Below are positions 13,614-28,300 of a DNA stretch of 64,000 bases, one piece after another. Positions within the stretch are counted from its first letter, which is position 1, and each line of letters opens with the position of its first letter. The notes under the pieces were generated by a model, which ran no database searches, had not been told where the DNA came from, and saw only the letters and a program-made list of their open reading frames with translations. The DNA is from Lama guanicoe. Its lineage: Eukaryota. The stretch spans positions 3,644,084-3,708,083 of the forward strand of contig MU056050.1 in the NCBI GenBank assembly GCA_013239625.1, given 5' to 3'. Both the position numbers and the translations under genes were made by a program.

Positions 13614-14312
13614 GATTAGGACATGCTGAGACTGTGATAAATGGGAAAAAAAAGATGTTCTAGAATAAATAATAGCTAACAATTTATTTACTGTTCTGAA
13701 ATGAGCATTTATAGTTGTTTACATTAATGTATGCTGAGAGACAGTGTAGCATGGTGGAAAGAGTACTGGAATGAAAATTAAGAATTTTTTCCCCTTTACT
13801 TCTGCTCCTAATTAGTTCTATGATTGTCCAGATTAAAATACTGTTATAGTAATACTAATCTATTCTTCTCAAGGCATAACAAATTGGATACAATCATCAT
13901 TAGTCTAAGTCTAAAAAAATATATATTGAGATTTGAAAGTCACTTACGTGGAAAACATGATAAATGTAAAATAACTCTGATGAATGACCTAAACAAAATG
14001 CTTAAATGAAATTCAGGTACCAGGAATGTTTGCCATGACAGGTAATATGGCACTCGAGTGAGTAAGTGTTGAGATTATGTGGAAAAACTGTGGGACAAGA
14101 CCATAATAAAATGTAAGAACTTGATTCTCCTTTCACACAGGAAGCAAGGCTTTAGAGGTTGTGAGATACACAACCTCCTTAAGTATCATAATTTCATAAA
14201 AACAAGGAAGAAAGGCAAAGGGATGAAAGCATTTATCAAGTACCTATTATCTGTGAAAACTTTTTCAATCTATTTCTACGAGTTCTTTATTCCATGAGGA
14301 AAGTAATATAGG

Positions 14313-14492
14313 CCAGTGTTTCCCAGTCCTGTCAGGTCATTATATTCACCTGGCACAATTGTTTAAAAAAATATTCCCTGTCCTCAGCTTATCTCCTGAA
14401 TGATAACCAGGAGGAGGGGCCTGATAATCTGCTAGCTTTTGATGTAACCCAGGTGATTCTTATGATCAGGCAATTTTAGAAAATACTTCTGT
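14313..14492. mobile_element. MER5-like hAT-Charlie MITE
   Basis: cagtgtttccca ... ccaggtgattcttatgatcaggcaattttagaaaatact. Confidence 0.5.
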
Positions 14493-15884
14493 AAACTCTT
14501 AATGCTCACAAAAGACATATTCAGAGACTTTGGGAAATTCTCAATATTGCAGATACCACTATAATCATTGTTATTTCCCACATAAAAGTTCTGCTTTGCT
14601 GGCTAAAAACTATCACTTTCTTAGATCTTCTCATTTTCCTTTTTCTTCATTTCTATCACCAACACTAGCTGTTGGATATTTTGAGGTATTTTTCACAAAG
14701 AAACAAAAGTTTTATCACTTTGAAGGGAGTTACTGAGCACATCAGAAGGGAGCTACAAAGACATACTGATGCTAGGCATGTACTTCTATGGATAGATAAG
14801 TGGAAACTGGGATGTCTCATGGGTGTAAATGCTGAGACTAATTTTATTTTCCATAAATTCATAATATACTGTTTTCTAAATGTTTGTTGAATAAAACTGT
14901 TCGGAAGAGTGATTCCATAAAACATTTGCCAAGTTGCCAGTTAACATCATAGTCTTTTAGATTAGTGAAACGCTAAGTCAGAGGTTGTAAAACAAGGAAA
15001 AGTCATTCTCGGTGAGATCACGCTATCTTGTAATGTGAGGATGTGAACGTACCCAGGGACTCTGAGGGACCACTTTCAACATTTCTCCAACTCAAATTAA
15101 TTGGAAGATGTGTCATACTGATTAAAGAAAAGAAATATGACTTTTAAAGGTGAGTGGGCAGGAAAGTGGTGAGAGTTCATGTGGTACACAACATGCATTT
15201 GAGGGCACTAATTCAAATTATACTCATAGGCTAATGGGTTCCTAGTTTATCAGTTACATCTATAGAAAGGAACTGTAAATCTACCTAATGTAGCATCTCT
15301 GGACAACCAAGGACGCTTTATCACATCTACCTATTTTATTTTCTTTATAGCACTTGCCATTCATGTTTTTTTATTCCTTATTAATTTGTTTGTTGTATGT
15401 GTCAACCTCTTCCATCCCCAAAAAAAGATGCAAGCTCTGTGAGAGTAGGGACCTTGTTTTTAATTGTTATTGTCTGCTGTGCTGAATCACCAGTTCCAAG
15501 ATAAAAAAAATAGATGCTTATTAAATATGTGTTGAATGCATGAATGTCCTGGAGACATCAATTTAGCATGCTGCTGTGGCCAAAAGTTCAAGAAAATAAT
15601 AAGCATAATCATGCTGTATATTAAAATAAAAATACAGTATTGTACTTTGTTTTAAAAATTTATCCCCATATCTAGAAGATATGTTTGAACTGGAGAAGTT
15701 CTAAATATAAGTAACAAGTAATCAGGAAGATTGAGGAGCAAGATCTTCTAAGGTAGACTATGAAGATTAGGCTTCTTTAATCTGATAAGATGGAAGCTGA
15801 AGGCTGGACATTGTAAGGGAAAGGATGAGTTTAGGACTATTTATTGTATCTTCATATTTAATAATTAGGGGTTTCCCTTTGGAA

Positions 15885-17042
15885 TTCCTTCATTCAATAG
15901 GCATGTATTGTGTAACAGGTACTGTGCTAGATGCTAGAGATATGAAGAGGAATAAAATAGAATAGTTTACAGGATAGTCCATAAAAGCCTGATGTAGGGA
16001 TGTCAGGAAATGCTTTCCAGATAAGGTGATATTTACATTGAATATTAAAATATGATTAGAAGTTAATCAGGTGAAGAGTTTTTGGAAGTAGGCAGAGAAG
16101 ACAGCAGAAATAAGGAAATACATTAAAAATAAGAAGGTATGTGTGAAGGACTACAAGCAGTTCAGCATTGCTTGAACGCAGTATTTGACAGGGGAATGGA
16201 TAAAAAATGAGATTGGCAAGGCCAATAGGGATAATCATGAAGAACTTAAATAACATAGTAAGGAGTTTGGACATTATTGTGTAGGAAATATGGACATTCA
16301 TTTATTTTTAAGTATGGTGTTTATATATAAATTTTAAAATATACTGGCCTAGAAGATTTTTTAGAAGATAAATTTGAAGGGAATATGTAAGAAGTGGTAG
16401 AACAGTTAGGAAGCTGTTGTACTAGTCTAGGCAAATGATGACAGATGCCTTGGGTAATGGCAATGTGGATGTTAAAGTGATGACAGACCCAAGGAATATT
16501 ATGGAAAATATAGCCACCAATTGGGTATGGCAGGAGGGAAGGGGAGAGAGGAATCTAGATGACTTTAAAATTTCTAGTTTTGGTGATTGAGTAGATGCTG
16601 ACAATAGATACCAAATAATTACAGAGGGAGGAGAGGATGTGATATGGGATTTAGAGATGAGTTCACTTGTGGTACTAAGTTTTCTGTATGACATTTAGTA
16701 TGCAGTTCAGTACAAGTCTTAAGCCTGAATGAGTGATATAGGTTAGATATATAGATGTAGGAGTAATGAGTATATATATTATATTTAAGAACTTGTACAT
16801 GAATTTGATCATCTGGGGAAAGGTATAAAGTAAGAAGATAAGTGGAATGAGACAGACTCTGGGAAACACCAATATTTACTGAGCAAATGCAAGAATAGGA
16901 ACCCACAAAAGAAAAAGAATGATTTAAATATACTAAATTAACTAGATGAGTTTGGGGTCCTGGAGGTCAAGAATGAAGAATTTCAGGAAAGGAGTGATTG
17001 TTTCTATCAATACAGTAGAGAGGTTCAGTAAAATAAGAGTTG
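15885..17042 (+). mobile_element. L2 LINE, host of the full-length L1; continues at ~24013-24130
   Basis: L2-like purine-rich sequence that reads through once the L1 is removed: gagaggttcagtaaaataagagttg|aaaattctcccttgggg. Confidence 0.6.
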
Positions 17043-18558
17043 GAGGGGATGCTAAGATGGTGGAGTAGAAGGACACTCTTAGCTCACCCTCTCCCATGAA
17101 TACACCAAGAGATACAACTATAGACCCAACCATTCACTCAGAACACCTGTTGAAATTTGTCAGAATATCTCTTACTTCAAAAGACAAGAAGATTCCTTAC
17201 AAAATCTAGTAGGAGAGAAAAAGAAAAGAAGAAGAAGAAAAAGGAAATCAGTGTGGGAACTGGTCCCTCAGGGAGGGAACAGCAAAGGAAGAAAGGTACT
17301 CTTATGCTGGGATGCCCTCTCTCCAGTGGAGAAGTCAGCAGGGACAGAAGGGGAACCTCCGAGGCTTGGAGGAGTACATAGCAGCTCCTTGGCCGACAGA
17401 GCTAAGAGAAACCCACACAAAGGGTCCCTTCAATCCCCAGCCCTAGATGCAAGCCAACGGGTGTGGGTCAGGACTGGTTGCTGGAGCCTTGGCAGAAGGC
17501 TGGGGCTCACCGCACAGAGGCAGCCTCAGGGGGCTGGAGTGTGCTGTGGGCTGTGGCTGGGAGTCTATATGGAACAGAATAGACCGGGACCACCATAAAA
17601 AAAGCAACACTGCTGGTGCACATGGGGCGGGGAGAGGCTCAATGCAGCCGGGCCATAGATGCTGTCTCCACAGGCCTGCAGCATCACTGCTCGTGCATTC
17701 TTGGGAGGGGAGATTAGGGACTCAGTCATAGCCATCATAATCACTGGTGCACTGCTCCAGGGTGGAGGTGGGGGTGAAACCTGAATCCATACCCAGGGGC
17801 CCCACAACTTCATAGCCTGGACTGATATCTGTTTACAGCCACAGGCGGAGTGGGCAGATTTGCTTAGCATGTGCCTTTGTGGACCTGCACCTCTAGGACA
17901 GCAAGCAAGGAGTGGAGTTCTGGTGCACAGCAAGGGCAGGTGTAGCATTTTCAGCAGACTTGTGTACTGTACACAGATGCAGCACTGGGGATGGCAATGA
18001 CCCAGTAGTGTACCATGGATCCAGGTGTATGACTGTACTATCACTGCAGCAGGTCTTAGCACCTGCCATTGGCAGATCTGCACTGGTGGCTATGTGGGTG
18101 CAGAACCTGGGAGACTCCAGAGCAGAGTGCTGGCATTCCCACAGCTGAAGTGGGGACAAGGGCATTAACAAAGATTACTTGTAGCATCCCACCCCCGCCT
18201 ACCACACAATGCAGCTCAGAAATGGATCTGGAAGCCTCCATTCCAAAAAAAGAGGAGCAGATCCAGCCCCTGTCAGGGCTGTGACAACCACAGAACAAAA
18301 AAGAGGCCCTGCTCAACAACCAGGACAAACTCTGATCACCACAACACCAACCACACCACCAATTAAAGGGATAACAGCCAACACACACTGAAGAAAGATG
18401 TGGCAACCATCCATATGAAAAACAGATCTTGTGACAAAATTATTAGATGCACAGGAACACTTCCACTTAAAAAAAACCCCAAACCAGAAACAGCCCTTCA
18501 AGACCACAGTAGATAACTGGTACTCCTTAATCCATAGAGCCAGAGAGATATAAGTAAA

Positions 18559-19440
18559 ATGAAGAAGCAGAGGAACCACTCCCAATTAAAAGAACAAGAG
18601 AAGTCCCCTGAAAGAATGATCAATGAAATAGACTTTAACAGTCTACTAGATCATAACTTCAAAAAAGGTGTGATAAAAGCACTGAAGGAAATAAGAGAGA
18701 CTATGAAGAAACATACAGAATACTATAAAAAGGAAATAGAAACTATAAAGAGGAGTCAATTAAAAACAGAAAACTCAATGGCTGAGGTAAGAGCCAAGTT
18801 AAAGGCAGTCAAAAGCAGACTAGATAATGCAGAGGAACGAATAAGTGACTTAGAAGACAGGATAACAGAAATCACCCAATCAGAACAGCAGATAGAAAAT
18901 CAAGTGAAAACTAATGAAAGCAATCTAAGGGACCTATGAGATAATATAAAACATGCCAATCTATGCATAATAGGGGTCCCAGAAGGAGAAGAAAAATACA
19001 AGGGGATTAAAAAGGTATTGAAGAAATCATGACTGAAAACTTCCCAAACCTAAAGAAGGAATCAGATATCCAAGTACAGGAAGCACAGATGGTCCCAAAC
19101 AAGAAGAATGCAGACAGACCTACAGCAAGACATATTATAATTAAGATGGCCAAAGTTAAAGATAAAGAAGTGATTCTAAAGGTAGCAAGAGAAAAACAAA
19201 GAGTTAGTTACAAAGGAACCTCCATAAGGCTTTCAGCTGATTTCTCAAAACAAATATTGCCAGCCAGAAGGGATTGACAAAATATATTAAATGTCCTGAG
19301 TGAGAAAAAGCTGTAAACTAGGATACTCTATCCAGCAAGACTATCCTTTAGAATATAAGGAGAGATGAAGAATTTCACAGACAAGCAAAAACTAAAAGTA
19401 TTCAGCAATATTAAACTAAATACTAAAAGAAATATTGAAA
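18559..19440 (+). pseudogene. L1 ORF1p (coiled-coil/RRM RNA chaperone), disrupted
   Basis: ORFs 18559-18939 (SRLDNAEERISDLEDR), 19029-19277 (MTENFPNL...ARHIIIK...IRLSADFS) and 19365+. Premature TGA at 18937 plus frameshifts. Confidence 0.92.
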
Positions 19441-19850
19441 GATTCACTCTAAATAGAAAAGAAGCAGGAATACATAGAAGGGAGAAAACCATAATTGAAA
19501 ATGTGATAACTACAATGAACTGCAAGAGAATAAGCCTGAAGATGTAAAAGAAGACATCAAAATCATAAAAGGTAGGAGAGGGGACCAAGAAAAATATAGA
19601 TTTTTTCCCCATTCTTTTTAGGATGTGTTTGAGCTTATATGACTACCAGTTTAAAGCAAAGAGATATAGTAATGGGTTAATATACTTGAAAAACAGGGTC
19701 ACCACAAATCAAAAGCATACAATACAGTCACAAAAAACGAAAGGAAACCAAGATAATACAGAATAAAATTATCAAAACACAAAAAGAAAAAAAAAAAAAG
19801 AGAAAGGAACAAAGAGGAAATACGAAAGCAACCAGAAAACTAAGTTTAAA

Positions 19851-22800
19851 ATGGCAGTAAACACACATCTATCAATGATACTATAAATGTCAATGGACTA
19901 AATGCTCCAATCAAAAGACACAGAGTGGCAGATTGAGCCTACAATATGCTGCATACAAGAGATCTGCTTTAGGGTGAAGGACACACAAAAATTGAAAGAA
20001 AGAGAATGGAAAAAGATATTTCATGCAAATGGAAATGACAAGAAAGTGGGAGTAGCAATACTCATATCAGACAAAATAGACTTTAAAACAAAGGCCATAA
20101 AGAAGGGCACTATATAATGATCAAAGGAGCAATACAAGATGAGGATATTATACTTGTTAACATATATGCACCCAATATAGGAGCACTTAAATATATAAAA
20201 CAAATACTAGCAGACATAAAGGGAGAAAATGATGGGAACACAATCATAGTACAAGATTTTAACATCCCATTAACATCATTGGACAGATCTTCCAGAGAAA
20301 ATTAATATGGCAAAAGAGATACTCAATGGCACAATAGAACAGTTGGACTTGGTTGATATTTTTAGGACATTAGACCCCTTCAAAACAGAATATACACTTT
20401 TTTTCAAGTGGGCATGGAACATTCTCTAGGACAGACCACATACCTGGGAACAAAAGAATCCTCAGCAAATTTAAGAGGATAGAAATCATTCAAGCATCTT
20501 TTCTGACCACAATGCCATGAAACCAGAAATCAACCACAGAAAAACGAACAAGGAAAAAAATAAATAGACAGCATGGAGACTAAACAACACACTACTAAAA
20601 AACAGTGAGTCAATGATGAAATAAAAAAAGAAATTAAAAAATACTTTGAGACAAATGACAATGAAAACACAACTAAACAAAATCTATGGGATGCAGCTAA
20701 AGCAGTCCTTAGAGGGAAGTTCATAGCAATACAGGCCTTCCTCAAAAAAGAAGAACAATCTCAAATAAACAATCTAATGTACTACCTAAAAGAATTAGAA
20801 AAAGAAGAGCAAACAAAACCTAAAGTCAATGGAAGGAAACAAAAATAAAGATCAGGGAGGAAATAAATAAAATAGAAATTAAAAAACAATAGAAAAAAAG
20901 CAATCAAACCAAGAGCTGGTTCTTTGAAAGGGTAAACAAAATCTACAAACCTCCGGCCAGGCTCACCAAGAACAGAGAAAGCACACAAATAAACAAAATA
21001 AAAAAGGAAAATGGAGAAATTACAGCCAATACTGCAGAAATAGAGAAAACTATAAGAGAATACTATTAACAACTATATGGAAACCAATTGGACATCCAAG
21101 AAGAAATGGACAAATTTCTGGAAACATTTAGTCCACCAAGATTGAATCAAGAAGAAATAGACCATGTGAACAGACTGATCACTGGAAATGATGTAGAATC
21201 CGCAATAAAAAAATTCCCTACAAACAGAAGTCCAGGACCATATAGCTTCACTGGGGAATTCTACCAAACATATAAAGAAGAACACATACCGATACTTCTC
21301 AAACTCTTCCAAAAGACTGAAGAGAGAATACTCCCAAACTCATTCTATGAAGCCACCATCACCTTGATACCAAAACCAGAAAAAGACATTAAAAAAAAAA
21401 GAAAATTACAGGCCAATATCATTGATGAACATAGATGCAAAAATCCTCAACAAAATATTAGCAAACAGGATCCAACAACACATAAAAAAGATCATACACC
21501 ATGATCAAATTGGATTCATCCCACGCACACAAGGATGTTTCAACATACAAATCAATCAACATGATATACCACATCAACAAAAGAAAGGACACAAATAACA
21601 TGATCACCTCAATAGATGCAGAAAAAGCATTTGATAAAATTCAATACCCATTTATGATAAAAACTCTTACCAAAGTGCATATAAAAGGAACATATATCAA
21701 CATAATAAAAGCTATTTATGACAAACTCACAGCCAGCATAATACTCAATGGTGAAAAGCTAAAAGCCTTCCCCCTAAAATCTGGAACAAGACAAGGATGC
21801 CCACTCTCACCACTTCTATTCAATATAGAATTGGAAGTCCTAGCCACAGCAATCAGGCAACAAAAAGAAATAAAAGGGATCCAAACTGGAAGAGAAGAGG
21901 TAAAATTGTCACTATATGTGGATGGCATGATACTATATATAGAAAACCCTAAAAGCTCCACACAAAAACTATTAGAGCTGTTAAAAGAATTTGGCAAGGT
22001 AGCAGGACCCAAGATTAACATACAGAAATCAGTGGCATTTCTTTATATTAACAATGAAATATCAGAAAAAGAGAGTAAAGAAACAATCTTTTTAAAAATC
22101 ACATCCAAAACAATAAAATACCTAGGAATAAATCTGACCAAGGAGGTGAAAGACTTACACATGGAGAACTACAAAATACTGATTAAAGAAAGTAAAGATG
22201 ACTGAAAGAAATGGAAAGATATCCCATGCTCTTGGATTGGAAAAATCAATATTGTTAAAATGGCCATACTGCCCAAGGCAATCTACAGATTTAAAGCAAG
22301 CCCTATCAAAATACCCAGCATTTTTCACAGAACTAGAACAAATAATCCTAAAACTTTTGTGGAATCACAGAAGAGCCAGAATTGCCAAAGCAATACTGAA
22401 GAAAAAGACTGAAGCTAGAGGAATAACCCTCCCAGACTTCAGACAATACTACAGAGCTACAGTAATCAAAACAGCGTGGTATTGGCACAAAAACAGACAT
22501 ATGGATCAATGGAACAGAACAGAGAGCCCAGAAATAAACCCACAGTCAATTAATCTTTGACAAAGTAGGCAAGAATATACAATGGAGAAAAGACAGTCTC
22601 TTCAGCAAGTGGTGTTCGGAAAACTGGACATCAGCATGTAAATCAATGAAGTTAGAACACTCCCGCACACCAGACAGAAAAATAAACTCAAAATGGCTTG
22701 AAGACTTAAATATAAGACAAGACACTATAAACCTCCTAGAAGAAAATGTAGGTGAAACATTCTCCTACATACATCTTAGCAATGTTCTCCTAGGGCAGTC

Positions 22801-23625
22801 TACCCAGGCAATAGACATAAAAGCAAAAATTAAAAAATGGGATCTAATTAAACTTATAATCTTTTGCACAGCCAAGGAAAACATAGGCAAAACAAAATGA
22901 CAACCTACAGAATGGGAGAAAATATTTGCAAATGATGCAATTGACAAAGGTTTTATTTTCAGAATATATACACAGCTCATTCAACTTAATAACAAAAACA
23001 AACAGCCCAACTCAAAAGTGGGCAGAAGACCTAAACAAGCAATTCTCCAATGAAGACAAACAAATGGCCCAGAGACACATGAAAAAATGCTCAATATCGC
23101 TAATTATCAGAGAAATGCAAATCAAAACTATAATGAGGTATCACCTCACAAAGTCAGATAGCCATCATTAAAATGTCTATAAATGATAAATGCTGGAGAG
23201 GGTGTGGAGAAAAGGGAACCCTCTTACACTGTTGGTGGGAATGTAGTTTGGTGCAGCCATTATGGAAAACAGTATGGAGATTCCTCAAAAAACTAAAAAT
23301 AGACTTACCGTATGATCCAGCAATCCCGCTCCTGGGCATATATCCAGAAGGAACTCTAATTTGAAAAAATACATGCACCTCAATGTTCATAGCAGCACTA
23401 TATACAATAGCCAAGACATGGAAGCAACCTAAATAAAAGTCCATCAACAGATGATTGGGTAAAGAAGTTGTATATTTATACAATGGAATACTACTCAGCC
23501 ATAAAAAAGAATAAAATTATGCCATTTGAAGCAACATGGACAGAACAGGAGATCGTCAATCTAAGTGAAGTAAGCCAGAAAGAGAAAGAAAAGTATCATT
23601 TGACATCACTCATGTATAGAATCTA
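19851..23625 (+). pseudogene. L1 ORF2p (APE endonuclease + RT + Cys-rich domain), disrupted
   Basis: EN motifs (NVNGLN, ICCIQE, VNIYAPN, DFNIPL); RT motifs [24 protein letters not shown]; catalytic YADD degraded to YVDG (21915-21926); C-terminal [18 protein letters not shown]; many stops and frameshifts. Confidence 0.95.
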
Positions 23626-23871
23626 AAAAAAGAAAATGGAAGACTCTAATGAGCTCATCTACAAAACAGAAACAGACTTGCAGACATAGTAAACAGTCTT
23701 ATGGTTACTGGGGGAAAGGGAGTGGGAAGGGATGAATTTCGGAGTTCAGGATTTGCAAATATTAACTACTATAATAAAAATAGATAAAAAAACACATTTC
23801 TTCTGTATAGCACAGGAAACTCTATTCAATAACTTGTAATAACCTTTAATGAAAAAGAATATGAAAAGAAA

Positions 23872-23908
<37 letters not shown>

Positions 23909-26900
23909 GACTTGGACATTATGCTGTACACCAGAAATTGACACATTATAACGACTATACTTCAATTTTTAAAAAAAAATATTATTTCAGTTTACCAAAA
24001 AAAAAAGTGTTGAAAATTCTCCCTTGGGGCTTACAATTAGGATGCAATTTTTGAGCTTAGCAAGATTAGTTATGATAGTGAGTACAGAATCCAGGAAACT
24101 GAGGATTGAGTGGGAAGATAAGAGGGCAACACTTAGGTTTAATAGAACAATGTTCCCTTCATTTCTTTTACTTAGGCCAGGTAGAAGAACACTAGGATTT
24201 CTAACTTCCAAGACATGATACAGATTGAAAAAACATTCGAAGTTTTAAGACAGTTTTGTGAGTTGCATATCCATGGTAGTTATTAATAATATTTGTTTGC
24301 ATTGGCATCATTAAATTATGAATAGACATAGAAGGCATTTCTTATGTTTTTACCATAATGCTCACCCACAGGACCATTTGTAATGTGGTCCAAATTGATA
24401 CCAAATGGCTTACTACCACTCATGGGTTTATTTACTGTACTGACATACTATAGGAGCAGGGATGGGAACATGTGATTGCATCTTAATTTTCCTGTCAACT
24501 TAAAATGCAATCTCAGAAGGGTAATGCAATATTTTTAGCTCTCTGACAAAGACTATTGAGAGGAAAACAACAGAAGCAAGATCATAGGGGTAGAGTGGGA
24601 AATAACTCTCCTGGGAAGTATAACACATTAAGCTTGCCACTACAAATATGAACAATGATAACCTAAATATGTGGATCAAAAGTAATAGTATTCTATTACA
24701 GCCATCTAAAATTAACTGCTAATTCTCATTATTTATAGAAGGTCAATTTTTGAAGTAAAATATCAGAGAGGAATGTTGCTTTAGTGGAATGTTGGGAGTT
24801 ATTACAGCATGTAACCAAATTTTTTAAAACAACAAATGCTACTATTTATAATTTCAACTATTTGTAGGGATTTCAGACAATGAGAAACATTACAAATGGC
24901 ACTATATACCTGATTCTCTCTGAAATTATAATGATTATCATGATTAGTCTAGGTCAAGTAGGTGAACCGGAGGCTGCGTGAATCATGACCTTGAGATGCT
25001 ACCTAGGATGGATGTATCTTTGCAGGGATACCCCATCCAGGATATGCTTCTCAGCTCTGTAGGTCAGATATTCAATTTGATCAGATACCCAAATATTACC
25101 AATTTCTCAGGGACTAGCATACATTAGTTTAATTCAAAAGGGATCAACTTTTAAAATCTGAGAGCTGGTTTGTTTACAATTACAAGCATAACTGTCAAAC
25201 AGACTGCAACAATTGGGTTGATGATGAGGAAGTTCCCTCCATACTTGTAAGTTATACTGGAAATCCAAATATTACCAGGAAACAATAGATGAACATGTAA
25301 TAAGAACAACTAGAATAGGTTGAATGATTTTCATAGAATTTTGTCATGGAGCACCTGTGGTCTGATGGCTCTGTCCCCACTACAGGAATAGATCTGACCA
25401 GAGGACCAGAATGTTCCCATCCATTGTTTAGAACAGCCTCTACATTGTACAGGTTTTAATGCCAATTTCAATTTGTACTCTCTGATTCCTGTTTTCCTAT
25501 GTCTCAAATTGTTCATTCCTTTTCATTCTGCTCGTTTAAAAAATATGTTAAATCTACCTAGCAGGTTATAGGCAAGATTTGTTTTTGCTTTTGGATTGAA
25601 AGACATTTTCTCTTTTAGTTTGACTTTTGCACATATATTATCACATCTATCATGTGTTGATTTTATTAGTTTGGGTCTCAGCATTCTGGGGAAATGTGGT
25701 CATTGTAGGCAGTAGAGTATGTTAGGAGAATGGGTTTTGTACTAAGACCAATCAAGGTATTAGAGTTTTGGCTTCCGCACACACTAGCTCTGGGTCCTTG
25801 AAAAATTATTTAGCTTTCTTAAGCTCTAATTAACTTATTTTAAAAATGAAGGTAATCCTGTTACTTAATTCACATGGCTGTGGTGATGATTGCATAAGAT
25901 AAAGCTCACAAACTATGCACAGTACCAAGCACATAGTAAGTACTAATAAGTTACCTATTGTTTATTACTGTATAAAAAGACCATAAGAGAAACTTTTTAT
26001 TAGCACCATTATAATTGTTTATAATATAAATATGCAAAAGATTATTGAAAAGATCATCAGCGAGCAACTTTAGTTTTAGTTTAAATGGAATCATTTCTAC
26101 CTTCACATAATATTCAACAGTGATTAGAGTCAATTTGGAAATTAGAGTTGGTAATATTGATAACTGCTTCTCTTACACCTGAATGCTTTTGTATATAGCT
26201 GGCAAAATAGTGCTGCTACTTACAATATTTATTCAACACTTGATAGGTTGAACTGGTCCAAGCATGAAAATGTTTTTATTTTCAGGGAAAGTTGTTATTT
26301 GACTATCTATATAGAGAGGTAGATAAACACACTGAATGTGGCTTTTTAATATTTCAGGGCCATACCAGATTTTTCCATCTTATTTTCATTTTTCTATTAC
26401 TGACTTAAGAAGATATGATTATCATTATTTATAAAATTATTTACCCTCATAATTATATCCTCTTAATATGTGTTTTCATCTTTTCTCTATATTCTAAGTG
26501 TAGTCTTAATTCTACTTTCCAACAATTCTACTGTTTTTACTTTCAATATACAGATTATGTTTTGTTTCTGCTCAGAGGCAGATGATGCCTTCAGTACCCA
26601 GAAGGCAACAAAGACTCTGGGAATATCACAAATGCTAGTACACACATGGTGCATCCTTGGTGGTATCAGATGTGTAGCTCTAGCAAAGAGCATCCATGGA
26701 AATAGCTGAAATGTAGAAGGCAGGTAGGTGGCGGACCAGATGCCAGCTTCTAAAAACATAGTGGAATGAAAGCACAAGAGGCAGTTGTCGTATGAATTGA
26801 GCAATATGATTCAACTGGATATGGCAGAACAGGGTGACCTGGTACAAATGCTAGCCAAATGGTTGATTGGTAAATGACAGAGAAACATCTTTTGTCAATT

Positions 26901-27129
26901 TCAGGTTTGTTTTCTCCCTCAGTGTTCTCATTTAAATTCTACCCAGTGTTCAAATCCCAAATCCCTTTTGAGTGAAGACTTCTTTAATAAGGATGATCTA
27001 ATGAAAGTAAAAATTACTTTATATATATATATTCTTATTTCATCCTTGCAACAACTCTTTGAGGAAGTGGATCCTCAAAACTGGTAAGAAATTTGACAAG
27101 CCATTTGTCCAAAGTAGTGCTGATGAGTT

Positions 27130-27830
27130 TAAGACTTGTGGAGAATAAGGTGCTATAGAAAATCCAAGAAAAGGTTTCTAGTTAGTTTATTAGGTACATC
27201 TCAAGTCTGAGACACAGAACAGAACTGGGTATAAAGTTTTGGAGTCTTTAGCAATTAATGATGGTAATTAAGAACAAGAGAATAGATTTGATCACACAGA
27301 GTGTCTGAAATTAGGAAGAGTGCCTGGAAAATAAATAAGGGGTCTAAGGGACAAAACTCAGGGAGATGCCAGTATTTAAGGGGTGAATGGAAGCACAGCA
27401 GACAGCAAAAGGAAACTAAGAAGGAGCAGCCAGAAAGACAGGAGAAAAATCAATAGAGTCTGGTGTCACCAAAGAGAAGAGAGGATTGAATTTCAAAAAG
27501 GGAACTATTCAATAGAGTTAAAGGCTACAAAAAAGTCAAGTTAGAAGAAACTTGTATCTTTAGAATATTTTCTGTAGTTTTCTGGGTGTAAATTAAGGTA
27601 CAGGAAATGCAGATAAGAACATTTTACAGGATGGAAGAAGCTCAAACACACTCATACCATGATGGGGAGGAGCTAGTAGAGAGGAAGAGGCTAAAACAGA
27701 GAAGAGAGTGAAAAGATTATGACTGGATTGAACTCCCTGAGATGGGAAAGGCTGAGATCCAAATCACAGGTGAAGGATGTAGCTTTAAAATTGAGAAGAG
27801 AAGATACTCCTGTGAGAGCAAAAGAGGCAG
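27130..27830 (+). mobile_element. L2 LINE fragment
   Basis: L2-like motifs ggagatgccagtatttaagggg, aaggagcagccagaaagacaggagaaaaatcaatagagtctggtgtcac. Confidence 0.55.
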
Positions 27831-28300
27831 GAACTATGTAGGAGGCTTGAAGACAGGATAGCAACTAAGAAGTCCAAGAGAAGGAGCTGAACTAAGAGAA
27901 CTCTCTTCCACCCACTCCATAATGGAAACCCCTCTACTTGTGTCCTCTGGAAGCCCCCGGAAACATCTGAGATCCAGTATCTTCACTATGATTCATTTCT
28001 CCCATACTTACTCACAAACATTGTCTCATCACCCATTAAAGTACTCAGGTTTGGAATGCTGAAATCTGAAATGTTCTTCCCTCCTCTTCACTGATTTGGT
28101 CACTCATTCTCATTGTGGCCTCTTTTTCTTGATAGCTCTCTGTTTTCTCAGAACATCTTAGTCTGGTTTCCTATTCCTCCTTATCCACTCCGCCATCACT
28201 CCAGTGCCCCTCACCAGCCTTCACCAACAGTTTGAGCCTTATAATCCCCCATAGTTGCCAGGCTCTCCCTTCACTCATGTACAGAGTACACAGCTGAGCC

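Larger units (their letters stand above)
17043..23999 (+). mobile_element. Full-length LINE-1 (~6.9 kb), inactivated
   Basis: 5' start ...ctaagatggtggagtagaaggac, ~1.5 kb GC-rich 5'UTR, ORF1 and ORF2 fragments, 3'UTR with (TA)n and A-tail. Degenerate TSD aaaataagagttg (17030-17042) / aaaaaaagtgttg (24000-24012). Confidence 0.95.

Noticed and set aside
17157..18585. Cluster of overlapping ORFs, including a 172-aa antisense ORF, in the L1 5'UTR (ORF0-like?)
   Set aside because: Expected in GC-rich sequence. The 172-aa ORF starts at a non-ATG codon, has no recognisable motif, and ORF0 is only established for primate L1.
19328..23483. Many F/L/I/S-rich minus-strand ORFs
   Set aside because: Antisense shadows of A-rich L1 ORF1/ORF2.
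26577..26723. Exon-like segment with acceptor ttctgctcag and donor cag|gtaggt
   Set aside because: All three + frames contain stops and no partner exons were found; at most a non-coding exon.
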